From Priapulus caudatus (taxonomy: Eukaryota), in contig NW_014577063.1 in the NCBI RefSeq assembly GCF_000485595.1, positions 789,434-853,433 on the forward strand: a stretch of DNA of 64,000 nucleotides. The letters run 5' to 3'. The notes beneath the pieces are model-generated. The model did not search any database and had not been told where the DNA came from. It worked only from the letters and a program-made list of their open reading frames with translations. This document shows positions 14,020 to 27,304 of this stretch, piece by piece; the stretch's first letter is position 1, and each line of letters starts with the position of its first letter. The position numbers were made by a program, and so were the translations under genes.

Positions 14020-16159
14020 TAGAGCGTGAGAGAAGGAGAGCTAGAGGAGAGAAAGAGAAAAGAGAGAGGAAAGATAATTATATAGATAGAGAGAGGGAGA
14101 GAAAGGAAAGATCGAGAGGTAAAGACATGCAGAGAAGGGGAGAGAAGGAGAGAGAGCGCGCGAGAGAGAAAGAGAGAGAGGGGGGGGAGGAGACCGGCCG
14201 CAACACACCGTATTGTACAGCCTGAGTACTTCAACCAAATGAGGTGCCTCATTAAAATTCATTCAGTAACTAATTAAACATTACTCGATCTGTCAGTTTT
14301 TATCAACATTTCATGTTCGGACACTCATGGCGGCGTGATAATAAAGCACCTAGACAAAATTAAACCCTGGGCTCAATTATCTGCATCTATGCTATAGAAT
14401 GTCTATTCAGTTTGATAGAGGTGGACCGGCGATCGCATATTTTAGTTTTATAGAATTCCTAATCCAGGTAGGGGAACAATATTTTAGCTGCTAGGAAAGA
14501 TGGAGCTCTGTGCGCCCGCTCTCACTTAGTTGTCGGAATCGTTTGTGCAGGTTAAACTGGTTATTTCTGTTGGGAAGTGCGATTTTCAACGTCACCGTTT
14601 GAAACCGTTCCACAAAGAGACGCCAATCTCAAGTACAGCGCAGTGCGTGAAATCCGATGTATATCGTTTGCCGAGTGTATTCGAGACTTACTTACGCAGA
14701 GGGAATTATGCTTTCATGGTTTAGCGTATGCGTTTTCTCCAAGTCTTGTTTTGTTCTTGCTTTGCCTTCCCTTGGTGACGTGTGTCACACCGCCCACGGA
14801 CCTTGTACCAGTCATGTTCGCGACAAAACAAGTAAACGCCGCTGGCACATACGTGCAGTACGTCTGCGATCATCAGCCAATCGCATTAGAAGACAGTTCG
14901 AGCCAAACTCGAGCATAAATCACGCGTGATTCGTGTGCGAAGTTCGATTTGGCGCCAAGAAAGTTAAAACTAATCAACTTTTAACGACGAAAGCCGCTTG
15001 AATTGGCCCGTAACACATTGGCGCAGTCGCAGTCACGGCAGCTGTTGCTCGGCAGTCGCCGCGAAGGACGCTATAAGGACGATGCCGTGAGATCCAGCAT
15101 GATACGTTATAGTCGTAAACGCTGTAAGCCTATTACTCGCGTAATTGCTAGAGAAAAAAACCTGCCATATTCGTTACCTCGTCATACCCAAGAAAATAGC
15201 GAAAGACACTTGTTAGCTTTTTTTTACACCCGCTCGTGCTACTTGTAAACCGCTCAGGTGACTAGCGCAGATAATTAGTGATTCTAACGACGAGTGCCGA
15301 CGCACACGTATCAGGTGTTGCCTCGGAAGCGTGCGCGGTACATAATTAGAAAATATGCGACTGTAGGCAATGGGGGGGGGGGCTCTTTGAGAACTCAAAG
15401 AGGGGGTCTCTCAAAAACTCTTTGGTTTTAAGAAAAAAGTGGTTAAAAGATTTTTTAAGCACGTTACCTTGACTTGAATTACGCACTCTTTTGCGTTCGA
15501 CAGAAAAATAATTGAAGTAAAAACTGTCTAAACTGAAAAAGCAACAGCGTTATTAATCATGGCCGTGAATATCACTAATAGTTAAAAACATTAACGTAAA
15601 ATATGAGTGTCGCTGCTGTGACTGTTTACGATGATTGCGCGGCAATTTGTCGAGTGAGCACTTTTGCCGCGGGGTTCCAATAAACCTGGGAGCGTGGATG
15701 TGTTGTCGGTCGTGCAGACAGACACAGCGCACGTCATTCCAGAACACATAAAACTGCCGGCAAAGGCAGCGGCTCGTGCGCCTTGACATTCCAATCGGCC
15801 ATTTGGGCGCAATTTTCTGGACAAGTCACGTCACGCGACGACCGCGCGCGGGCGCAAAATAATTCCATGTAAAAACAATTCCATTACCGCATGGCGACAC
15901 GGTCATAACTCACTACACAAGCCGACGCAGTTACGAGAGGCAGTATCGCAGCGTTTTCAGCGTCGCATTAGCCACGGTGAAGTTATCCCCCGTTGGTAAC
16001 GCGAACGTTAAGGAATTTGCTGAAGTTTTAACTTTCGGGGCGTGACTGAGACGTGAAAACTCGTCGGTTCATCGCGTTGCGCCGCTTCTATTGCTCGGGT
16101 GCCGGCGCGTCGGGCCAAGAGATCGCATATAGTATCTTGAATCTTCTTATGTAGGATCG

Positions 16160-16690
16160 CTTAGTATAAGGCTAGTATAAGATTCTCACAAGGCTCGCAT
16201 AGTATAAGGCTTAGTATAAGGCTCTCACAAGGCTCACATAGTATAAGGCTAGTATAAGATTCTCACAAGGCTCGCATAGTATAAGGCCTAGTATAAGGCT
16301 TGTATAAGGCTCACATAAGGCTTACATAAGGCTTACATAGTATAAGGCTAGTATAATGCTCACATAAGGCCCACATAGTATAAGGCCTATTATTAGGCTT
16401 ACATATAGTATAAGGCCTATTATAAGGCTTACATAGTATAACGCCTAGTATAAGGCTCACATAAGGCTCACATAGTATAAGGCCTATTATTAGGCTTACA
16501 TATAGTATAAGGCCTATTATAAGGCTTACATAGTATAACGCCTAGTATAAGGCTCACATAAGGCTCACATAGTATAAGGCCTATTATTAGGCTTACATAT
16601 AGTATAAGGCCTATTATAAGGCTTACATAGTATAACGCCTAGTATAAGGCTCACATAAGGCTCACATAGTATAAGGCCTAGTATAAGGCG
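16160..16690. repeat. Satellite built from TAGTATAAGGC-like subunits with a 97-bp higher-order unit (x3)
   Basis: The same unit starts at 16374, 16471 and 16568; a partial unit starts at 16665. Confidence 0.93.
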
Positions 16691-18373
16691 CACATCTGCG
16701 GCATCTCACAGGGCTTCGCAAAAACTCGCCAGGTCGATCTGCGCTCCAGCCGCTATAGGTGTATTGGAATTCGACGTTAAGAAAACAAGTTGTATTTGGC
16801 GAATAACATCCAATCATTCCGCGCATACCCATCGGAATTTTAGTGGGCGCGCGCACACCGGGCGATCGACCCCTCCTCCCGGGGTCCGCCCATGACCCTC
16901 TTGCTGTTCCTGCAGGCCCGCGAAACGCATTGGCTGCGCGCCCCGCGTGCGGCTCGTTAAAGCGGCTGAGCGGTAGGTTCACCATGCATGTTTCCCGCGT
17001 CGAGTTTCGCCGTTCGAGTCGGAGGAACGAGTTCCCGTTTAGAAGCGGTCGTGCGCGGTGCTCGTGTATTTGCTCCTTTAGGGGCGCCTGTCATGTCCGT
17101 ATAGTGCGATGTCATAAGGGGTTGGCCATGCGTGCAGGCCGAGCGTAGCAACAATGAAGTGGTTTTAATGATGTTTTTTTTTTCGCGGCAAGCGTTGAGA
17201 GGGCGAATCCGGTTGCAACACGCGCGCGCGGCGCGGGCGCTACGTCAACGCGCGGCGGCGGCGGCAGCGGCGCAGATGAAGCGGCCGGCTCGGCTAGCCA
17301 GTTCATCATATAGAAACAACGTCGCGTGATGCGGTCTGTGGCGATGCTCATTCAAACACACGCGCACGCACATGCACGCACGCGGGTACGCACACGCACG
17401 CACGCATGCGCATACGCACACCCACGCACGGCTGTGCGTACGCGCACACACACGCATGCACACCCACGCACGCGCATACACGCGCGCGCTTATATGTTTC
17501 TAGCTATCACGAATGTTTCAAGTTCGTAGATACATAGCGAAATCGCATTTGAAAATGTTCAGGTAGCGATATATTTACGATATATACCATATATATATAT
17601 ACGATATATACGATATATATACGATATACGATATATACGATATATATACGATATATAGGCCTACGACGCCCTGATTCAGTCGCACGGTATTGAAATTTTT
17701 TCTCTAAAACTCAATATATATATATATATATCTTGGACTTTGACGCTGGCCTGCTAACAACGCGCCTGCCGGATTTTCTTTAAAAAATGCCACCCACTCG
17801 ACAAACATTCCAGCCGTGCTGTAAATGAGCGTGAGTGCAAGCCGGCGCTAGAGCGCTATCACTGGAAGTCGAACCCGCCGCAGACGAGTTTCGGGCGCAG
17901 CAGCAACCTTGGTTGGCAAAGTTAAACGGCATGTTGTGCCGGCCGACAGGCACGGATACGTCTCCCCGCCGTGGCCTAGATATCCTTGATAGCGTCGTAG
18001 TAGGTTTCTCCTTGCGCACGGGAGTCATACTTTTTAGTGTAGGTATATAAACAGGAGAATCAGCGCGTCTGCTAAACTCGCGTATCCGCCCCCGTCATGA
18101 GTGATTGACAGCGCCACCGGTGGCTGCCGCGGTAAATACATCCTTGGCGCTGGGTATTTACTATTACTGTTTCTATCTTGCCTTCCCATCGCAGCGCTGC
18201 TCGAGCCAACTAGCAGTGCGTATAGTTTTACGGCGTCGTTTGTTGAGCGTAAACAATTTTCGCTCCAACGTAAACTATTTGTAGTGTTTGTGTAATTGGG
18301 CACCGGGGAGCAGGAAGGGGATGCTCGATGATGCAATGGTGTTATAGCGGAGCGCGTGTGTGCTACTCATAAC

Positions 18374-18580
18374 CACAGGCACTTGAAGCATATCAACTGT
18401 AAGCGCACGGCGCCGCCATTGCGCGTACACTAATACATAGATATATGAGTCTCTTATATCTATATATTAGATATCTTAGGTTCTTAGATTCTATATATAA
18501 GAGTCTCTTATATCTATGTATTAGTGTACGCGCAATGGCGGCGCCGTGCGCTTACAGTTGATATGCTTCAAGTGCCTGTG
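18374..18580. mobile_element. Fold-back MITE, CACAGGCACTTG termini, 8-bp TSD ctcataac
   Basis: ~70-bp perfect inverted arms; same termini as the 256-728 element; TSD at 18366-18373 and 18581-18588. Confidence 0.9.
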
Positions 18581-18730
18581 CTCATAACAGGCACGTGTGA
18601 TCGTATAGTGTGACCCTAACTCTAGTCAACATCTATATCATATCTATATCAACATCATAATCAACAGCAGGTATAGGGGATGCTTGATGATGCAAGGGTG
18701 TGAATACCTACGTACTAGATTGGCTACTAT

Positions 18731-18983
18731 CACTACTATGGCTCGTAGGGTCTATGTCCCCCAGTGTACTGCCGGAACGTACCCTGGGTACGGTCCGGTA
18801 TACCGGAACGTACCCTGGTAACTATTTGATATGGTTAGGGTTAGGGTTAGGGTTAGGGTTAGGGAGTAGGCGTAGGCCGATGCTCCTAGACTCGTTAGTG
18901 GAGTAAGGCGAGTAACGTTTCCGGCATATTAGATAGTAACCAGGTTAGCCCTGGGGACATAGACACTCTCAGCACTACTATGG
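18731..18983. mobile_element. Inverted-repeat element carrying (TTAGGG)5
   Basis: IR gtctatgtcccc/ggggacatagac; direct repeat cactactatgg at both ends; core homologous to 31132-31250. Confidence 0.6.
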
Positions 18984-19552
18984 TATGCTATGCTATGGTA
19001 TGCTATGTTATACCGTGCTATGCTATCCTATGCTATGCTACGCTACTCCATGCCATACCGTACCGTACCGTACCGTACTGTACCGTACCGCATCGTACCA
19101 TACCATACTGTGCACACCATGCTAGCAAACTACCGTGCTAGGCTGTACTGCTGGGGTGTGAAAACGACATCGATTAAGTGGGGTTATACTTCTAAGGTTT
19201 CTTTAAATCTCTAGTAGTAATATAGTAATTATTCTCGTAATTCCGTGTCAACGGGCCTGTGGCCGCATTTCCAACGAGCTTTTCCCGTGAAGCTTAACCG
19301 AGTGGACAGAAAGACACGGGCGCGCACGGGCGGGGAAGGGGAGGGGGAGAGATGACGGGGCAAAAATGCTGCGTTTCTAATTGGGCACGCGCGACGAAGC
19401 TCGAACGCTCGAGTATCGGCTCACTATAACTACTGATGCGCCGCTTGACTGTTTAGAGTTGTGTCCACTCGAGAGAGAGAGAGAGAGAGAGATGAGAGAG
19501 AGAGAGCGAGAGAGAGCAGAGGGAGGGAAGGGAGGGAGGAGAGGAGGGATGA

Positions 19553-19613
<61 letters not shown>

Positions 19614-20083
19614 TGAGAGAGAAGAACGAGAGAGAGAGAGCGCCGGGCGTGTCTTGTTTCATCCATCGTCGGCTCCGTCGGAGATCTCGACACGAGCTGC
19701 AGTCACCGCTGCCGGGCGAAAGTCCGGCATTTTTTTGTCGGGACGCCGTGCCGGTACTTATACTCACCCACGCCGTGTGCGTGATCCGCGTGGGCCCGCG
19801 TGCCTGCGCGAGCGCGAATTAGTAAAACAATCGTCGCCGTCTGAGGCGTCATTTAAAAATTAGTCAGGCGCGCTCTAAAGTTTTGAATCCACTCGGAACA
19901 GAGATCAAGGTCTCATCCTTCCCAACACACAACACTCCACTCACATACGCACGGCACGCGCAGACTGCGCACGCACCGCCCGCTCCTCACGCATCGCACG
20001 CACACACAGCAAACGCACGCACGCACGCACACACACAAACAACAACCGAGCGCCGCACGCGCGCGCACGCGCGCGCACACACG

Positions 20084-20127
<44 letters not shown>

Positions 20128-21789
20128 TGCCTGCGTGCGTGCGTCCGTGCGTGCGTTGTTCTGAAATAGAAAAAAAAGAAAAGAAAATTCCGTAACATCC
20201 ATGACATTTCGAAAAAAAAATGTGACGACTGCTCATGATCACGCGGGTGATGTTTTTTCATTGCTAAAGAGATTAGAAACGCCAGAGCTTATAAACGCGT
20301 TCAATAGTGATATATGCTTTTGTTACGTTCTTGTGTGCCAAGTGTGCATGCGTGACCCAAGTTAAATCCCATATTACGCGTACCCTGCTGATACCAATTA
20401 TTCTAGCAGCTGGGAAAGCTATAAAAACACCACTACCTCATGTACGCGTTTGATTGGTAGTTACTGCCATATGTAGAACGGTAGCAGCACTAGTTGCCGT
20501 TTAAACGTTTCTGTGACGTGTTGGCATTTTGATTTAACTGCGATCAATAGTTCTAGAGTTGGAGAACTTACTGCCATTACACATCGCTAATGGAATGATA
20601 ACGAAATAATGGAATTCGCTGAAAATGATGTCTGTGTCTTGGTAGAAAATACTAAACTTATAGTTAGAATGCTTCCATTCTAAAGTATCACGTATCAGAG
20701 AGCATACATCATTGGATGTTGGCCATATGCGCCAGTTCATTCTGATTCAGGGAACGCAGCGAAATCGGTCGAATGTGTTTAATGTGTCTTTTTAAAATAA
20801 TAAAGGAAATAAACTATTGATTTTTCACATATCGATGTCCAGAGGACTTGCGATACCAGCACGTCGTAAAACGCTGTAGGAATGTGTGCTGACGGGCGTT
20901 CACCAGAATCGCAGACGAATGCAGCTATAATAGAATGCCACGTCAATACGTAATTGGGCGCCCTTTCGCTTTTTTATGTGGCCAGGCACTGTTCTTTATT
21001 AAATAAGATAACCAATTATTAAGCAATTTGGCAATCTGGCCTTCTGTGTGATTCAGAAAATAGCTAGGTAGCATGAGAGGAATTCTTTTCTAGCTTTGAT
21101 GCGCCGTTTTTCCGTCGAGTAAATAAAATTTTGTCTCGCATACACTGCCGCAGGCAGATGGATTAGACGAATCATTCGATTCGTGTACACTACGTCCGTA
21201 ACTAGGCAATCCCAATACACCCTCAAGCGTAGTATGCAGTGATGTGAATAAAAAAAAAGTTGCACTTCAAATGCTTCGGTGCCTTAGGTCGCTGAAAGCA
21301 GATTTAACTTATTAACCGAGAAATTCCCCAGGTAAGAATTTCGGCGGGCTGGGCTTTGCGTGGTCGCAGTGGCGCAGCTGGGGGTGTACATTCTTGAACC
21401 TTTTAGTGGCGTGCTGATTTATCCGACATGGCATGTGTTAAATTTAAGCGGCTGCGATGCCAATGTCAGACGTACGTATTTGTCGGTGGTTCTGTCGTGC
21501 TGCTTCGAATATCCCCGGGTCGTTGTTGCTGGGTGAAATTCCATTTTTTATTGAACTTCAAGGATCATAAATAAGTTACGATGTAAATCCCATGACTTTT
21601 AGAAATACATCGCGATTGCTTTCTACACGAATTTATTATTAATGCGCAATATCTTATTCATGTTATGCAAGGCAACGACGTAGAGCACGTCAAAAGTACA
21701 GGCATGAAGTCATTTTCTAGCATCGTAGACATAGTTGTCACTCAAGGTGATTGACGATGAAATGGCGCTATATCACATACTAATGTAGA

Positions 21790-21880
21790 CGATGATGGTG
21801 ACGATAGCGACGATGATGGTGACGATAGCGACGATGATGGTGACGATAGCGACGATGATGGTGACGATAGCGACGATGAT
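21790..21880. repeat. 21-bp minisatellite (gatgatggtgacgatagcgac) x4
   Basis: Seen directly. Confidence 0.95.
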
Positions 21881-21994
21881 GACAGTGATGACAATAATAT
21901 CAGAACTGTTAACATTCAACACAAAAATTAAAACAAACCCTAACAACACCAAATTAATTAACGCATCTAACACAATCCATGTTGTATTTTACAG

Positions 21995-24900
21995 GGTTAC
22001 GCCTGCGTACGGCCTGAACTGCTCCCAGGTGATGTGCACGCCAGTTCCTCAGATGCTCTGTCCGCCAGACAGTGAGGTTATTGAAACACAGCGTGCAGGT
22101 ATTAGCTGTCAGCCGTTATCGCTGTCTCGCTCTCACTCACGATCACCGGCGACTTTCAACACATTCCATTATTTTAATTGACTGCGATTTGCGATGGGGG
22201 AAGAAACCGGTGGGCTTAGCAACGATCAGGGGCGTAGCTACGGGGGGGCCACAAATTTTCTGTGCCCCCCAGGTGCCCCCCACTGAAAATTCCTGCTTGA
22301 TAAAAAAAAAATTGAATTATAAACATATGCCGGTTAGAACAGTATAATACAAAGAAAAGTTATATATTGTGCCCCCCACGAAAATGTAAGGCCCCCCCAG
22401 TGCCCCACCGCTGGAAAAAATCTTAGCTACGCCACTGGAAACGATGTTGATAATGTGAGATGTTATGCTAATATGAGATGTTATTATGTTAATATGAGAT
22501 GTTATGCTGATGGTGAAAACTGCACTGATTTGCTGTCTGACTTGAAAATGCAAGCTGGATTGACGTGATGACATATGTTTCCCCAATGGGTTCATATAAT
22601 GGACGCTAGCGATGGGATTTAACCAAAATGTTCCTTTCGTGAATTTTCACGAGGAGTTTTTCTAAATGTATATGCTCGATGAATAAATAATTTCAATCGT
22701 GCGTCATGAATTTATAATACGTGATCAACGCTTGAGGCATCTAGGGAAAAATGTTAAGAAACGGCATCATTGGGGCATGGCCCTGACTCTCAGTTTTATT
22801 TACAGTCAGTATTTGCGCCCATGTATGCGACCTACTAATATAACCCATTTGAGAATATTTTAAAGTATGGTTTCAAAATTTCTAGCATTTGTTTTAGATG
22901 AAGCCAAATAATCGATAATGAAAACTCCCGTGCATTGTGATGGACTGATGGTCTTAATCTCACTATTGATTCAATCCTACATTGCACGATTTCCAGTGTA
23001 TCTAATGAAAGATAGGTGTATATATATATACGTGTGTGTGTGCGTGTGTGCGTGCGTGGCGTGCGTGCGTGCGTGGCGTGCGTGCGTGTCGTGCGTGCGT
23101 GTTGCGCGCGCGCGCAGTGCGTCGCGTGGCGTGGGGCGTGTGCGCGTGTATGTGTGATATTATCAGAAGTAGATAATAGGGAATCCCTATTATCTACTTC
23201 TGATATTATGTAAATATAAAAATTACTGTCGATACCGATACACAATGCAAATTTCATTATTTGAATAATGAGTTGTAGTAATTCCGTTTATTCATTTGGC
23301 GTTTACTGCTCTGTTGTTTTGCCTATAGATGCTGACAGTTGCTGTCCAAAACCTGGTCGCTGCATCTGCGGAGAGTGTCGTCCAGCCGTGTGTGACGAGC
23401 CTGGCTGGCAGGAAGTGATTGTGCGCCGTGGAAACAGTAGTACGCCGGGAAGTTGCTGTGATCTATATGAGTGTAAATATAAAGGTATGATTCACGACTG
23501 TTTCATCTTTCTACCTATGAATTCGTTTTGTAGTAGTGATTATACCGGGTGTGCGTCGTGTGCGGCATGTATCAGTTAACGAAGTCAGACTGCGGTTGGA
23601 AAAATGGTTTAAAAATATGTTCTGATGACATACACAACTTGGAATGTAACTATAAGTAAAGATTTCTGCCACCTGAGCGATGCAAGAATGTTTAACTTAG
23701 CCATTTTATACATAGCAGGCACAATAATGAAGAAATTATTAAATAATGTTTTAATCTTATCATATCCATCTAGCCATGTCAGGCAATCTACTGTGTTAGT
23801 AAACATGATATATCTCCCTGAGTCTCTATCCACTCTGCAATTAACACGTTTAAAAATTGATGCAAAAATAATCTCTAAATGATAATCTAATATCTAATAT
23901 GATATTAGGTAAATTAATGTTAGAAATGAGTAATCTGGGAAATATAATTATCAAACTATATATTGTGATAAAAGAATGATAAATTTATAGACTACGATAT
24001 CGTTCGGCCTAAGACATTAGGCATTAGACTAGGTTATCAACTATGATAAATTGACTAGACTCCGTCACCATGCAGATGCTCCCACAACCACAGACTGGAG
24101 ACTTTCCTATCTGAAACTAACTTTAACATTTCATCACGTATCATTGACAACTGGGCACAATGATCAAAACCTGGAACCATCTATTAGTTTAAAGTAAAAT
24201 GTTATCGCTATGCAAGAAATTGGCTACAACATATTATCGCATAACTTCGTGAGGTAGCCAGCACAAGCATACGCTGGAGGTTTGTTGTATCAGTTTAAAG
24301 TCAAACAATATCTCACTACACGAATAATACACTGCGCGAAATTGGCTCCAACGTATACCGCACTATATGTAGTCATACAAGACAGAACAAACACATTCTA
24401 GAGTCATGTTATTTTGAAGTAAAACATTATCTCCCACACAGGAAATTCGCTACAACATATTATCAAACAACATCCCGAGTCATCCACCACAACCAATCTG
24501 TAGTCATGTCTTTACACGAGGTAAAACATCCTGTGTTTACATGAAATTGCATGGCTCAAACATTTTATGGCATAACGTTGTAGGAGAACCACTACAACTC
24601 CAGTCTGGACTCATATATTACCATGGCGTAAAACGTATTTTCCGTGTATGAAACGGACACCTAAATTCTACCATACATCATCGTCAGCCAGCCGCCATAA
24701 AGACAGATTGGAATCATGTTTACCGTCGGAAATGACTCCAACATTCCATCAGGCAACATTGCGTTTTCGAGCTTTTTCATCAAGTGAAATATCTTCTCTC
24801 TATCAGAAACCGTTTTCAATATTGTATCGGGCGAATCAGACACTTGTTGCAATCACGTCATAGACAAACGGCATTTCTACATGGACTCCGGCTCAACACA

Positions 24901-27250
24901 GCATAGGCTGAATAAAATGAAACACGTCGATCGTTGCCAGTGGTAACAAATTTTTAAACTGGCTCTCGGGAAACTTCGAAAAATAATTCCGCACACAAAT
25001 TCGCGTAATAGACTGCGCTGTAGCCACTATATATACAGGCGAACCACAGCCACTGCAGGTGCTGGCGTATGCTACCTGACTTTGGGGGAACTAATAAATA
25101 GTGATTAGTTCTTTTCAGCCCTGCTTAACATGCCCTAGCCCCCTGTTTAGCTCTGTCACGTCATATACTCAGAGCGCGGTGTAATTCATTTTACCAAGAG
25201 CTAATAATACCTTGTATTACACCATAAGACCATGGACCATGTACCACAACGGTAGTACCACAATAAGACCACGTATTATCAGCTCTTGATTTTACGCGTG
25301 CGTTTGTTTTTTTTTGCAGATGAGGAATGTCAACTACCGATGACAAATTGTAGTGCCCCCGACTGTCCTGACGACAGTGTTTTAGTATCGCATCCCGCAG
25401 AGCGGGTCTTCACCCCCTGTTGCACGAAATCTATCAGGTAAGGATAGTGAATAGATAGATGGGAATACCTGCCGCAGACGCGCACACTGCGATGCGAAAT
25501 GTCTGTCATCCGTAGACTACAATTCAATCGGTGGTCAATGCGATATCTCGGTTATGGATCTGACTGATTATATTATATGCATCCCCCTGAACCTCAATCG
25601 CTGCCGAAAACGTAGTGACAAAATGGGAAATAAAGTTGTAAAACTGACCACTAACAGTAAACCATGCCTTAACACTATAACCCTTGACGCTCCCTAACTC
25701 CTGCAACTGAAATTCAAAACCGCACTTTCACCAATGGCCCCCTAACCGTAACCGTAATCATAAACCCTATTCAATCACAATCCCTTACTATAACTGAAGT
25801 CCTCACTCTAAACTAAGTTCCTAATGATACATGATGAGCACGTAATATATACACGCGTCATCACGTCGGTCGGGGCAGAAAGCGGGGAATACGAGCTATA
25901 TACCCAACCGATTATTTCACGAAATTGAATCCACTCGTTCACCGGGGAAAGAGTGAGAGCGACATTTCTAAAGACTAGTCCGACGACGTGGAGAGTGCAT
26001 GCGGCTACGGCGCATGCAGATTCATGACAAATATTCGCCGTTCCCCCAGCGGGACTTTAATTGGTACCCCGGTGCCAGTTTACATACGAACACGTATGTC
26101 TAGGCAACGAGTTCCTTGTTTGCTTTCAGTCAGCGAGGATAGGCTAAATCAATTTTTGCAGTAAATGGGCGCGCACACACACACGCGCCGCTGAGGATGC
26201 TGCTCAAAACGGTTTGTTTGGTCTAATGGTGCCGAAAAATGCGACAGCGACGCATGCATGACGGGTAATTTGTTCGGCTAACGTCGGCGCGTGCGACGTC
26301 GACGGCCTGGTGACTTTACCCTGCGTGACATTTTCGGGGGCTCGCTTTCTTGTCACAAACGAAATCGCGCAGGGTTTTGAAAAACAAACAAAAACGTAAA
26401 AAAAATCACAGTGTATGTGACGGACGGCGACTGAGAGAAGGCGCGCGTCTGGGTGTGTTTGTCGAAGCGGATAGAGGCACACGGGCGTCATGTTTAGTAT
26501 GTGATGTAGGCTAGTGCATGTATGTTTCTAATTGCCACGTCTGAGAACACACTCTTATCACGTCCACGAGTGCCGCACAGACGGCGGATCTCTCGGTCTA
26601 TATAGCCTATATATATAGCTTACCTTCGTGCGTAGCAGCTGCGTGATGCATTAGTTGGTGTCACCCGATAAAAATGAAAGCATCGAGTGATATAAAGTGA
26701 GTTCGTATCATCGTTCGTCTCGGTCGTCTCGGTATCTCGGTCGTCTCGTTTGCTGGAATGCTGCGAGCGTGTTTCTGGCCTCCGTGGGTGTTCCATCTAT
26801 TTGTCGTAAAAGTAATCACCCCGTCTATAGATCAATACTGCGGGTTCGTTGTAAAGATATTTGCTTCTATTATGCATTACGTAGCGTTACTGATTAGATA
26901 CACGTCGTTTAAGTTGTTTTGTCTGGCCACTGCATTTAAATTTTACACCGAGCCCTCGAGGGCGGATCTTCAATTAACGTTATCAAAGCAGCAAATAATT
27001 GCGCTTGTAACCGTTGAGAATGTATAATTATTACGGCGAGTGTGTAGATACGTATGCATCGAGGGATATGCTGGCAGGCATATATGCAGTGAGTGTATTA
27101 TAGTGATGAAGGAAGTCAGAAATAGTGTATTAGGGATGAAGACAGTCAGGAAGCATAGCTAGGAGGATGTATGCATAGACATGATTACTCCTAGACGACT
27201 CTCCAGGGCGTTGTTTACGCAGCCATGCGACTGACGAGTTACTGGTTGCT

Positions 27251-27304
<54 letters not shown>

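Noticed and set aside
13071..14252. ORFs across the gap and an apparent large palindrome
   Set aside because: The ORFs are N and (GA)n artefacts; reverse-complement gap flanks are more simply explained by contig-end or gap-fill error.
21428..21750. Candidate signal-peptide first exons for the CRIM1-like gene (MACVKF..., MKSFSSIVDIVVTQ)
   Set aside because: None combines an ATG, a hydrophobic core and the required phase-2 donor.
21773..21973. Hydrophobic repeat ORF (IVAIVTI)n
   Set aside because: Translation of the 21-bp minisatellite upstream of a real exon.
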